64,000 nt of DNA from Piedraia hortae CBS 480.64. Lineage: Eukaryota. Under the pieces are notes generated by a model. It was not told the DNA's origin. It ran no database searches and worked only from the letters and a program-made list of their open reading frames with translations. Positions 1 to 12,000 of the stretch are shown in pieces. How positions within the stretch are numbered: position 1 is the first letter of the stretch; each line of letters begins with the position of its first letter. The DNA is taken from the NCBI GenBank assembly GCA_010093745.1, contig MU005966.1:69628-133627 (forward strand), given 5' to 3'. The position numbers and the translations under genes are program-made.

Positions 1-1023
1 ATCGCGATAAACATCCCTTAGCCGTCTCGTCGCCGCCTTCAATCTCTGGTTCCGACTGGCCAAAGATATCTCCTCTTCCTCCACCTTTTCCTCACCCACC
101 TCTTCCTGACCATCCACATCCGCCAGGGTCTTAACCCCCTTCGCGTTAGCCTCCTCCTCACCCTGCAGCGTCTTGACAACCTCCGACCTGATGTCCTCCT
201 CAATCGCCTCCACGAGGGGCGCAATCCTCTCCCTCTCAACTGTTTCCCAAAACGTCTCAACCTCCGCCTGCCTATCTCTATACCCCTCCCCAGCGAACTC
301 CTCAACCTTCCTCCCAAGAAACGACCTCGGATGCGGCGGCAGGAACGCAAACGTGGGGATCAAATACTCATACCACCTCGAATCGCACGCCTGGTACGCA
401 CTAAACGAGTTCGTCGTCCGCACGATCCCCCACACCCTAATCTGTCCGTTCAAAAAACCATTGACCCTCTCCACCAGCCCTTCATCCTCCACAATCAACT
501 TCAAACTGATGACATTTCCCGCGGCGTGGACGCCCTTATCCGTCCGCGCACAGCGAACGAGACTCGCCTTCTTAGGATCGTCAGCGTTGGCTTTGCTGAT
601 CGCGCCCGCCTTGATAAACGCTTCGAAAAGATCCCCCTCGATGGTCTTTTCAGTAGGGGTAAGCTGCATCCCCTTGTACCCCGTACCCGCGTATCCGACC
701 AACACCGCAACCTTCCTCTTCGGTCTTCGCTCTTCGGCGGCGATTTCTTCTTGCGAGAAGGCGATTCCGTAGCGGGGGGCGGCGGGGTCTGATTCCCTCT
801 TTAGGCGCGATTGCTCCGCTTTGGCGCGTTTGTCTGGCCCTTCGCGACTGAGTGAGTTAGTGGGTTTGATGGGGGTAGGGGATGGGAAGACGTACAAGTA
901 TTCCCCGCGCCCAAGGTCGCCTTTCTTGCGCTTCTTGCTGTCCGCGTGCCCGCGAGAGCCAAAGGATTGTTTCGAGGAATCATAGTTCTTGCGCTTCCGC
1001 CCATCCGTGGCAGCATCGTCCAT
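1..1023 (-). CDS. PUS1: tRNA pseudouridine synthase 1 (TruA family); 3' end runs off the window; intron 848-895
   Basis: Manual minus-strand translation gives MDDAATDGRKRK...RRPKRKVAVLVGYAGTGYKGMQ...TIEGDLFEAFIKAGAISKANADDPKKASLVRCARTDKGVHAAGNVISLK, containing the catalytic RTDKGVHA motif. Intron reads GTACGT..CTAAC..CAG. Confidence 0.93.
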   Translation of the reverse strand, partial: MDDAATDGRKRKNYDSSKQSFGSRGHADSKKRKKGDLGRGEYLYVFPSPTPIKPTNSLSREGPDKRAKAEQSRLKRESDPAAPRYGIAFSQEEIAAEERRPKRKVAVLVGYAGTGYKGMQLTPTEKTIEGDLFEAFIKAGAISKANADDPKKASLVRCARTDKGVHAAGNVISLKLIVEDEGLVERVNGFLNGQIRVWGIVRTTNSFSAYQACDSRWYEYLIPTFAFLPPHPRSFLGRKVEEFAGEGYRDRQAEVETFWETVERERIAPLVEAIEEDIRSEVVKTLQGEEEANAKGVKTLADVDGQEEVGEEKVEEEEISLASRNQRLKAATRRLRDVYRD

Positions 1024-1044
1024 TGCACAGGTCAGAGATTGGTG

Positions 1045-1052
1045 TGACGTCA
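1045..1052. promoter_or_regulatory. Perfect ATF/CRE palindrome TGACGTCA in the 117-bp PUS1/TFA1 divergent promoter
   Basis: Exact palindrome between two head-to-head start codons (1023 and 1141). Function is inferred only. Confidence 0.4.
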
Positions 1053-1140
1053 GGGATAAGTTCCTTGGCAGCGGGACGGTCCGGTCCGCGTCGCGAACGT
1101 TTGCAGATAACAGCGATTCTGTTGGGGGTTGCGCGCGACA

Positions 1141-2325
1141 ATGGCTGAACTAGCAATGTCGCTGCTTCGCACCGTGCTGCGCGCGTTTTATCCCTCCGAG
1201 CACGTTATTGTTGTGGAGGCGCTGCTGACGCATTCCACCCTCGCGCGGCAGGATCTCGCGCACCTGCTCGGCGTCCAGGATAAGGCTCTGGGGAAGATTT
1301 GCGGGCGGCTGCGCGAGGATGGGATCTTAGCTGTTCAAGCCCGTCAGGAGCGAAGGACAGAGGATAACAACCCCTCTGGCAGAGAGCAGAGGCTGGCGAC
1401 TAGGGAATGGTACTTTATAAACTACCACCGCGCGATTGACAGTATCAAGTACAAGATGCATAGATTGAATAAGGTGTATGAGGGCCTTGGTGCCCCGACG
1501 ACGGAGAAGAAGGATCTGAATTGTCCAAGGTGTAATGCGCAGTGGACGCAGTTGGAGGTCCTTGGGAGGATCGATCTGTCGACGGGCAAGTTTATGTGTA
1601 AGAGGTGTAGATTTCCGTTGGAGGCGGTACAGCAAGAGGATAATGCGACGAGTAATGATAATATGAAGAGATTGAATTCGCAAATGGGGAGGATTGTGGA
1701 GATTATGCAGAGAATTGATGCCAGTCAGGTTCCGGAGAATGATTTTAATGCTGCGCTTGCGAACCATAAGCCGATTGATAGGACGGATGTTTCCCCCGGA
1801 CAGGTTACCGAGATGGTGGACCTGCCAACGGCGGGGGTGAAGAGTAGTAAGGGGTTGGAGATTAAACCGGAGAAGATTGCGGTCACGTTGCAAAAGGATG
1901 GAGAGAAGGGAGCGAAGGAGGAGAAGGGAGAGACGAAGCAACCTGCGCTTCCGCTGTGGTTTGCGAAGTCGACGGTGTCCGGGGAGGTTACGGCTATTGG
2001 GGCGGAGGAGAAGCAGAGAAAAGAAAGGGATGATGCGTTAGCCAGTCATGTCCCTAAGACAGACAAAGATGAAAGCAAAGCAATCACAACAGAAACAGCA
2101 GATGAAGACGTCATGGCTGCGTATTGGGCAGACATGGCCGCTGCGAAAGAGGCGGAAGCGGCTGAAGCGGCTAAAGCTGCTGACGATGACGCTGCCTCCG
2201 ACGACGACGACGACGAATTCGAAGACGTCAATCCTGACGAACCGCCCCCCAAGCGCCAAAAACTCTCCCCCGCCAGCGACGACGACGACGACGACGACGA
2301 CAACCTCGAGTTTGAAACCGTCTAG
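1141..2325 (+). CDS. TFA1: Transcription initiation factor TFIIE alpha subunit
   Basis: N-terminal winged helix (LLRTVLRAFY...WYFINYHRAIDSIKYKMHRL), zinc ribbon CPRC..CKRC, ALPLWF motif and an acidic tail ending LEFETV. Confidence 0.92.
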   Translation: MAELAMSLLRTVLRAFYPSEHVIVVEALLTHSTLARQDLAHLLGVQDKALGKICGRLREDGILAVQARQERRTEDNNPSGREQRLATREWYFINYHRAIDSIKYKMHRLNKVYEGLGAPTTEKKDLNCPRCNAQWTQLEVLGRIDLSTGKFMCKRCRFPLEAVQQEDNATSNDNMKRLNSQMGRIVEIMQRIDASQVPENDFNAALANHKPIDRTDVSPGQVTEMVDLPTAGVKSSKGLEIKPEKIAVTLQKDGEKGAKEEKGETKQPALPLWFAKSTVSGEVTAIGAEEKQRKERDDALASHVPKTDKDESKAITTETADEDVMAAYWADMAAAKEAEAAEAAKAADDDAASDDDDDEFEDVNPDEPPPKRQKLSPASDDDDDDDDNLEFETV

Positions 2326-2350
2326 TCTACACAATCCCACTATGATTACA

Positions 2351-2889
2351 TCACTCCATCTTCACAACCCCTCCCAGCGCTTTCATCGTCTCCACGATCT
2401 TCTCCGCCTCTTCCTTTGTGACCCCCTCCTTCATCATCTTCGGCGCACTCTCCACAAACTTCTTACTGTCCACAAGACTCAGCCCGAGTAGGGACTTAAT
2501 CTCCTTGATAACCTTAGGTTTAGCAGCCGCGTCAAATGACTCGAGCTTTAGCGTGAATAGTGTCTTCTCTTCTTTTGCGGGCGCGGCTTCTTCGGGTTCT
2601 TCCGCTGCTGGTGCGGCCGGCGCAGCGCTCGGCATGAACATTTGCTGGTCGGGGATGTTTAGTCGGGTCTGCTAGTCAGCGTAGTCGATCAATGCTCTTA
2701 CTATTAAGATACCTTAAGGAGAGAGACTAGGTCAGCCGTCTCAAGGAGTGTGAGTTGACTGATCTGGTCGACAATGGTAGAGATCTTGGGGTTATCTGCT
2801 GTGCTCTGCCATCGTCTTCGCGGTGTGAGGATGCTATAGTGAGGAATGCTCCGCGGAATGCGACGCAGACACTGGCGCTGGAGGGACAT
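2351..2889 (-). CDS. MNP1: Mitochondrial ribosomal protein bL12 (L7/L12); intron 2669-2712
   Basis: Arg-rich presequence, IVDQISQLTLLETADLVSLLK, and C-terminal KVIKEIKSLLGLSLVDSKKFVESAPK. Confidence 0.92.
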
Positions 2890-3073
2890 GTTTTTTTTAT
2901 TTTTTTTGTCGAGGTTTTGGAGGTGAGGTCCGCGGGCGGAAGTGCCACTAATCCAATCCATACTAGCGTTGTATCTCAATGCAGTTTAGCGTTTGCGCAC
3001 CACAGAAAATTTAGGTAGGACACTTATTCAAAGAACACCGCAACCCTACGAGATATCTTCCAAGAGATAAAAT

Positions 3074-6000
3074 ATGAAAATGGACACCGAACCTCCCGCG
3101 ACCACGACTATGTCAAAACGTACTTCTGAAATAACTTCACAACAAGAGAACGTCCTCCCGGAAGAACTTCTCACCCTCCTCCACCAAAGCCCCATATCCA
3201 TCATAACCCTCGCCAAGTACGTCCTCAACGGAAAATACACCGACCTCCTCCTTCCATCCATAATCAACATCTCCGCCGCCATTTTTTCTTCCATCCCCCC
3301 CTCAACCACCCAATCCCAAACCCTCGCCCTACTAGGCCGCATCGTCCCCTTCGCGGAGCATCTCCTCCCCTTCACCACCCAGTACCTTACCCACAACAAA
3401 ACCATCCCTACAGACCACGAAGGTCTCCTTGGCCTCCTCCGCCTCTTACGGTCTTATCCCGAGACTCTCGCCCCCTTAATTAACCCACAGGACGTAATTC
3501 CCTTATTACACCACAGGGCCATCAAATCGTTCCTCGCGGTATTGATCCTACAAATCACCCTCTCAGGCGCAGAATCTTGGACTCAAAGCATGCTCACTCG
3601 CTGGGTTGGCGTGGATTCCATCCCCGGAATCTGCGAGGGTCGAGATTTCAACCTCCGCACAGACTTCACAAAACTAGAAAAGAGCAGAGCCGATTGTCTT
3701 CGGGGCCTATTAAAAACTTCCAAACCCAGCCTCAAAGTTTCTCAGCCAGAGGGGGTCGTGAAGCTCGGAAAGGTGCTTTTCTTCAAAGAAGGGGGGGGTC
3801 ACTCCTCCGCATCCGCATCTCCTTCGCCTAAGACTTCGGTTTCAGTTCCAGCCGCCCCCCAACTAATCCCCACCCCAACCCTTGCAAAAAATATCGATAC
3901 CCTGTCAGAGCTGCTAAAGTCGTCCCACCCAATCCTCCTCACCGGCCCCGCAGGGTCGGGGAAGACGACCCTAATCCGTTACGCGGCAGCGAAACTCAAC
4001 AAACTGGATAAAATGGTTACAATGCATTTGAGCGAGCAGAGCGATGCGAAACTGCTTCTTGGTTTGCACACCACGGGGAGCTCCCCGGGGGAATTGGAGT
4101 GGAAACCTGGTGTTTTGACCACTGCGGTCGAGGAGGGGAGGTGGGTGTGTATCGAGGATTTGGATCGTGCGACCGCGGAGGTGATGGGTACGATTCTGCC
4201 GCTTGTTGAGAGGGGGGAGCTGCAGATTCCAGGAAGGGTGGGGAGGGTTGCCGGGGGGGGATTCAGGTTGCTTGCTACGGTGAGGACGGGGGAGCTTAGT
4301 GGTGTGGGGCACTTTCTTGGAAAGAGGCATTGGCGGATTATGGGTGTTGATGCCCTGCCTGTGGGGGAGTTGAGGGATGTGGTGCGGGGATTATACCCCA
4401 CGCTGGGTGGGTTGGGTGGGCAGGTCCTCGCGATGTATGCGAGATTGTTGAGGGTTGAGGTTAAGAGTAGCACTGGCACAGTGAGGGCGTGTAATCTTGC
4501 TGACTTGTTGAAGTTGTGTCGGCGGGTGGAATGTTTGATGGGGATGAGGGGGGAGTTTACGACCGCTTCGCTGGACGATGTGTTTCTCGAAGGGGTAGAC
4601 TGCTTCGCTGCTTCGCTGCCTGATGGACAGGCGAAGGGAAAAATTACGGCGGTCATTGCGGAAGAATTGCAGATTGATCCACGACGAAGGGACTACCTCC
4701 TGGAAGAGAGGAATGTAAATTACAAAGCTGGAAAAGGTGAGGTTGTGATTGGACGGTATAGGCTCATGACGGATCGACATGGATTTGCTGGGAAAGGAGC
4801 CCCGTTTTCGATCAATCCTCATACGAGTCGGACCCTTGAGCGTGTGGCCGCCGCTGTGGTGAACCGAGAGCCGATGCTGCTTGTGGGCGAGACGGGGGTC
4901 GGCAAGACTAGTGCCGTGCAGTACCTTGCTCGGCTCTTAGGGAAGAGGCTCGTGCCGTTTAATTTGTCGCAGCAGAGTGAAGCGGGGGATATTCTCGGTG
5001 GATTCAAGCCTGTGACGGCGCGGAGTCGGATGATGGGACTGAGTGAAGAGTTTACGGTGCTGTTTGATGCGAGTTTTAGTAGCAGCAAGAATGTGGAGTT
5101 TGTGGAGAGGTTGGGAAGGCAGATGAATAAGGGAAATTGGAAGGGAGTGTGTAAGTTGTGGAGGCAGGCGGTTAGTATCGTTGATCAGCAGAGACCTCGA
5201 CGACAGGCCGAGGAAGCTCCTTCTAAGAGACAGAAGAAGGCGATTGATTTTTCCCGGTGGGACGAGTTTTCTGCGCAGATTGCCGTCATGGAGAGACAGC
5301 TCAAGGCTGGGAGTGATGGGTTTACGTTTAGTTTTGTGCAAGGGAATATCGTCAAGGCGATGCGGAATGGAGACTGGGTTCTTCTTGATGAGATTAATCT
5401 CGCTTCGCCAGACACGCTGGAGGCGATTGCGGATTTGTTTGATCCTGCTGCACCGTCGTTGTTGCTCACAGAAGCAGGTAATATCGAGAGGATTCCAGCG
5501 CATCCAGACTTTCGTGTCTTTGCGGCAATGAATCCAGCTACGGATGTGGGTAGGAAGGAGCTTCCACCCGGTATCCGCTCTCGATTCACAGAACTCTTCG
5601 TCGAAAGTCCCGATAAAGACATCAAAAGCCTACAGCTGATCGTAAAATCGTACCTCCCTTCAAGTCCACCCGCCATCGCACTCGAAGTCAGCCAACTCTA
5701 CCAACGCATCATAACCCTCTCCAACGAAAGCCAACTCGTCGACGGAGCAGGCCAAAAACCTCACTTCAGCCTTCGCACCTTGACCAGAACACTAACCTAC
5801 GCTCGAAGCATCTCCACCCAATGTCCCATCCAACGGGCCTTATACGAAGGATTCCAAATGACCTTCCTCACCCTCCTCAACCTCCCCTCAACCCAACTCA
5901 TCCAACCCTTAATCATCCAATCCCTCCTCAAACACCCCCGCGCGGAGCTTGAAAAACCCCTCCTCCAACCCTCCCCTGAATACATCCAACCTTTCCCCGG

Positions 6001-9000
6001 CAGCAAGCATTACCTCCTCCGCGGCCCCCTCCCACTGTCCCCCCAAGAACACTACATCCTAACCCCCTTCATAACCCACAACCTCGAAAACCTCGTCCGT
6101 GCAGCAAGCACACGGCAATTCCCCATCCTCCTGCAGGGCCCAACATCCAGTGGCAAAACTAGCATGATCTCCTACCTCGCCGCGCGAACGGGCCACAAAT
6201 TCATCCGAATTAACAACCACGAGCACACTGATTTATCCGAATACCTCGGCACTTACACCAGCACCGAATCCGGCTCTCTACAATTCACCGAAGGCCTGCT
6301 CATACGCGCGCTGAGAGAGGGATACTGGCTCGTCCTTGACGAATTAAACCTAGCTTCCACTGAGATCCTCGAGGCGTTAAACCGCCTGCTGGATGATAAT
6401 AGAGAGATTATGATCCCAGAGACGCAGGAGGTTGTTCGGCCACATAAGAATTTTTTGCTCTTCGCGACGCAGAATCCCGCTGGACTGTACGGAGGAAGGA
6501 AGACACTCTCCCGCGCGTTCAGAAATCGGTTTGTAGAGATTCATTTTGATGAGATTCCGCAGGGGGAATTGGTTGAGGTGTTAGCAAAGAGGACAAGACT
6601 GCCGGAGTCGTGGTGTGGGAGGATTGGTGGGGTTTACAGTGAGCTTGCGCTCAGGAGGAGAGAGAGTGCACTCTTTGAGAGGAGGGGGTTCGCGACACTT
6701 AGGGATTTGTTTCGATGGGCGGGTAGGAAAGCGAGTACGGTGCAGGAGTTGGGGACGAATGGGTTTTTGTTGTTGGGAGAGAGGGTTAGGAGTGAAGAGG
6801 AGAGGGCGGTTGTGAAGAGTGTGATTGAGAGTGTGATGAGTAGGAGAGGGGCTAAGGTGGAGATTGATGTGGAGGGGGTTTATGGGTTTGAAGTTCCAAA
6901 GGTGAAGGGGGTTGTGTGGACGACTGCCATGAGGAGATTGTTCACCCTTGTGGAGAGGGCGGTGAGGAATAACGAGCCCGTACTGCTTGTGGGTGAGACG
7001 GGATGTGGCAAGACGAGTGTTGTTCAGGTTTTGGCTGAGGTGATGGGCAGGAGGCTCAGGATTTTGAATGCCCACCAGAATACGGAGACGGGCGATCTGA
7101 TTGGGTCGCAGAGGCCGGTTAGGGAGAGAGCTACCGTGGAGGGGGAGTTGAGAGAGAGATTGAGTGATATACTCGAAGGGGAGGTGGGTTCTACGGAGTC
7201 TTTGTTGAGGAAGTATGATGGAGTCTTTACACCTGAGCAAAGGGAGGGACATACTGAGATTAAGGCTCTGCGGACCCGATTCAAGGCGCTTTTTGAGTGG
7301 GTCGATGGAAGTCTGGTCTTGGCGCTCAAGCAGGGGGATTTTTTTCTGCTTGATGAGATTTCCCTCGCAGATGACTCGGTGCTGGAGAGAATTAATAGTG
7401 TGTTGGAGACGGATCGGTCGATTACCTTGGCGGAAAAGGGAAGTTTTGATGCTACCGTCACTGCTGCTCCGGGCTTTCAGTTTTTTGCTACTATGAATCC
7501 TGGTGGGGATTATGGTAAGAGAGAGCTGTCGCCGGCATTGAGGAACAGGTTTACGGAGATTTGGGTGCCTGCTCTCTCTGATCTGGATGATATTCTGCTG
7601 ATTGTCTCCACTAAGCTGATTGAGATCGCGAGACCGTATGCAAAGGGCATGATTGCGTTTGCGCAGTGGTTCAGGAATGAATACAATACGACTACGACGT
7701 CGGCGATTTCCATCCGCGATGTGCTTTCTTGGACGAGTTTTGTGAATGCTTTTTCGGAGTATCTTGTGGCTGCTATTGTTCATGGTGCGGCGATGGTTTA
7801 TATTGATACTCTTGGTGCCAGTCCTGCAGGTTTGATTTCCTTTACTGGACGCAATCTTGACGAGGAGAGGAAGAAGTGTCTCACACATCTGTCTATTGTT
7901 CTCAACATCGATGCAGCGGCGATATACAACCAGGAGATTTCTATCCAGAAGAATGGATCAACCCTACACGTCGGCCCATTTACCCTCCCCTGCTCAGACA
8001 TAGCTGCTCTTGCAAAGGCCTTTTCCTTTGACGTGGAGACAACTAGGAAGAATGCTCTGCGTGTTGTCCGCGCAATGCAAGTCAAGAAACCGATTCTGCT
8101 AGAAGGAAGTCCTGGAGTAGGCAAGACGGCACTCGTAACTGCTCTAGCTGAAGCAACCAATACCCCCCTCACACGGATCAATTTGTCTGAACAAACTGAT
8201 CTGATAGATCTCTTCGGGGGAGATGTACCTGCTGAAAGCACAGCTGAGACTGAAAGCTCATCCCAAGTCGGAACCTTTACATTCCGTCCCTCCCCTCTCT
8301 TCCTCGCCCTCCAAAACGGAACCTGGATCCTCCTCGACGAACTCAACCTCGCTCCACAGTCCATTCTCGAAGGCCTAAACTCCCTCCTCGACCACCGCGG
8401 AGAAGTCTACATCCCCGAACTCGGAAAAACATTTACTCTCCATCCAGAATTCCGCATCTTCGCCGCCCAAAACCCCCACCACGAGGGCGGCGGACGCAAA
8501 GGTTTACCCGCTTCCTTCGTAAACCGCTTCACCGTAGTCTACGCGGACGCATTCACACCCGCAGACCTCACAAAAATCTGCCGCGACAGATTCTCCATTA
8601 ACCCAGAAAAACCCGTCGAATTTATCCGTCGACTATCCTCAACCCTCAACTGCGAAGTCAATCTCCGTGACCTCGTCCGATTCTGCACATTATCCCAACA
8701 AGGTGGGATCCTCCGCTCTGGATCCATGTCCGACTATATCTCCGTCCTCTTCGCCCTACGCTTCCGCACCGCCGCGGAGCGAGCAACCGTGCTTTCCCTC
8801 GCAGAGGAAATTTTCGGAAAAACGAAGCGGTCGGATCTTGTAACCATCCTCTCGCCAGAGATAATGCAATGCGGCCTCGCTACCCTCCCGCGGGATCCTA
8901 TCTATGCCCCTCCCTTCCCCGCTAGGGGAGGGGGTGTAATTCCGCTCCGTGCGCTAGAGGCAACGATGCTCTGCATCCAGCATTCCTGGCCCGTGATCCT

Positions 9001-12000
9001 GACCGGCGCGTCCGGAGCCGGAAAAACCCTCCTCGTCCGTCGACTAGCAGCTATGGTGGGGGCGAAATTGACTACCATCGAAGTCAACAAGGAGACCGAT
9101 GCAAATGATCTCATCGGGGGGTTTGAACAACTTGATCCTGGCAGGGATCGGGACGAGGAGGCTCAAAAAGCGAACAAGCAGCTAATTCACAACGTGAAGC
9201 AGTCCCTCCTCAACGGCGAAGCTTCTCTACCCACCCTCCACGGGAATGCGCCCCCCGCGGAGAAAGTTTCAACAACAAAAGGTTCCTTCCAATGGCGCGA
9301 TAGCCCCCTCATCTCCGCCCTTCAAGAGGGAAACTGGATCCTCATCGAAAACGCGAACCTATGTCCGTCTTCTGTCCTGGATCGGTTGAACTCGCTACTT
9401 GAGCCGGGGGGGAATCTGCTTGTTAGTGAGAATGCGAATGCGGATGGGTCGGCGAGGGTGATTACGCCGGATAGGAAGTGTAGGGTTATATTGACGGTTG
9501 ATCCGAGATTCGGGGAGGTGTCACGCGCGATGGGGAATAGAGGGGTGCAAATTTATATCACTTCTGAGGAGGGGGAGGGGGTTGTGGAGAGTTCTGCTAT
9601 GCAGGAAGGTGGGAGGGTGTTTGTGGAGGGTTCGAGGAGGGAAAACGGTGGGCGGGAGTTGGGGGGTTTGTATGCCACTGCGCTGAGGGAGGCATCCCTC
9701 CCGAAGGGTTTGGTGGGCTATTTGCCGGAAGACCCGTTGGGGAATCAGCCGCTTGTTGGGCAGACTGATGAGCTGCTTTCCTCTGCCGTCGAACTTGCGG
9801 TAAGGATACAAATCTCCTCAACAGCGGGAAAGGTCGATCTGGCTTCCATGCGTGGGAGGAAGGGATTGTTGAAGGCGATGAGGGCGACAAGGCTCAATCT
9901 ACCCCTTCTTGAGAGAGTTCTTCATGAAATTACCTCGCTCCGCGTAGCTGTCGAGCTGCCCGCAATATATCCCCCGGGGTGTGTGCAAGTCATGCGCACA
10001 ATAGCACACTTTTCTTTCCTCAGCGAAGCATCTTGCGGAGCGTCTCTCGAAACATCCTCCGAGCCCGCGTGGCTCACGGCATGGCTTTCCTCCCTCCACA
10101 CCACCCTCCCCCCAGGACTTGGAAATACCCTCCCGGGCGTAAACGTAAAAGTCATACGCGCAATGTGGATTGCTCTGAAACCCCCCGTACCACGGACTTT
10201 GGAAGAGCTGGGGGAGAGGATAACGTTTGAGGAGCTGGTGAGGAGGTTTGACGACGTTGCGCTGGGGATGGGTGGGTCGCTGGATGAGGTTTTGAGGTTG
10301 AGGGGATTGCTTAGAGACGCACCTGCAGCTGGAAAAACCGGGGAGTTGGTGCAAGGAATCAAAAATTTGGTTCCTGATGAAAAGAGGGAGGCGGTGTTTA
10401 GGATGACGTGGGATTGGATTTGGAGAAGACTTGCTGAGACGGATGATAGGGATGAGGGCTGCAATTTTCTTGCTGGACGGGAGATGGATATTACTGGGGA
10501 TGGGGGCACTGCCCACGGGGGACTGTATCGCCTCAAAGATCTCCTGCCACGTCCGTTTTCGATTAAGCAGGAGTGGTGGGTGGATACGCTGATTGAGAGG
10601 TTGAGAGATGTACACTCCGTTCCGGTTAGGGATATTGGGAGGATGGCTGAGGAGGTGGCTCTTCTGGAGAAGACGGTGGCGAGGATGGCGGGAGTCCTCT
10701 GTAGATTGGATGGGGATCTTAAGGGGTGGTTGAGGAGGTTGGTTGAGGAACTTCTCGCCGATGTCCCCGAGGTGGGACAAACGCTGGGTGGGGTGGTTGA
10801 GTACCTTGATGATTCTCTCGGTGCGGCTGTCAATGGGCAGGATGCTACCGCCGCTGCCGGCAATGCTATGCAGAAAGGAAAGAATCAAAGGAATGGCACT
10901 GATGCAGGCCAAGCATGGAAATCCCTCGCCCGCGCATGTCTGACGCTCTACGTCCCCTCGGTTCCCTACGATCCGGCTTTGCAGACAATCATTGAAAATC
11001 GAGTACAGCAGAATCTATGCTCCGAGGCGGAGAGAGAGCTGCAATGTCTAATATTTGAAGAGAATAGTCGCACAGGTGAGACGGATTCGCTGCGGATTCG
11101 ATTTGCGAAAGAGTACCTCTCTCTACTTCAAGAAGATAGCCTGGCAAGGGGCATGGAGGGTCTTGGGATGAAATTGGAAGCTGCAACGGAAGTCGTCCGT
11201 CCACTGGTCTCTCAGACTGCCGCGCTTCATGCAGATTTACAAACTCTCCTCCGCTGCGTGCAGCAAGATGACATCAAGAACCTTCTGCTCGCGCGGGAGA
11301 GAATTCTCAGTTACCGCGCATATGCGGATTACGTCCTTCCGGTCAGTGGCTTCGTCGATGCCTTTCTCATCGGGGAGATGCTCTCCCGCAGAGCATCTCT
11401 CTCGTACAACGACTCTGCCGTCGGCAAGCTCATTCCCTTTGCCTCTGCAACATACTCCTCATGGCAGTCAGAGTCCGCTTTCCTAACCGCCTTCCGCTCT
11501 TGTTCATCTCTCCACTACAACGCCATCCTCCTCCTTTTACACGCTTTTTCCGTGCGCAGCACAATCTGGAAAATCGATTCCCTCTCCCCCGAAATGAGAA
11601 CAACCCTCTCCAACGTCTTCGAAACACTCTACCAGCGCTGGAAAGCCCACCAAATCAAAAAGGGAAAGGAAACCGAAAAGAAAAGCGCACTATACCACTA
11701 CAAAGACGAGGAAACACAACCCTCCGAATCCCTCTCCGAGGAAGAACCTGATACATCCAATTTCCCGCTCACGAAACTCGCAAATCTCCACAAAGCCATT
11801 TTCCTCCAACAGGAGGAAAGCAACATCATCCCCCTCCTCGCCGAACTCGCGGAGACAGATGAAGATAAAAGCTTCGCAACCGTCCTCGTTGCGTTGAATA
11901 ACCTACCTGGACGTGTGGACGACGACAACTACGACTTCTACACCGATGCGAACGTGGCGCAGATACGACTTTTGTCTCCGCTGCTTGGGAGGATCTATGC

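Noticed and set aside
6581..10912. Long minus-strand ORFs (435, 337 and 313 aa) inside MDN1
   Set aside because: Explained by the G-rich codon skew of MDN1; no recognisable domains.
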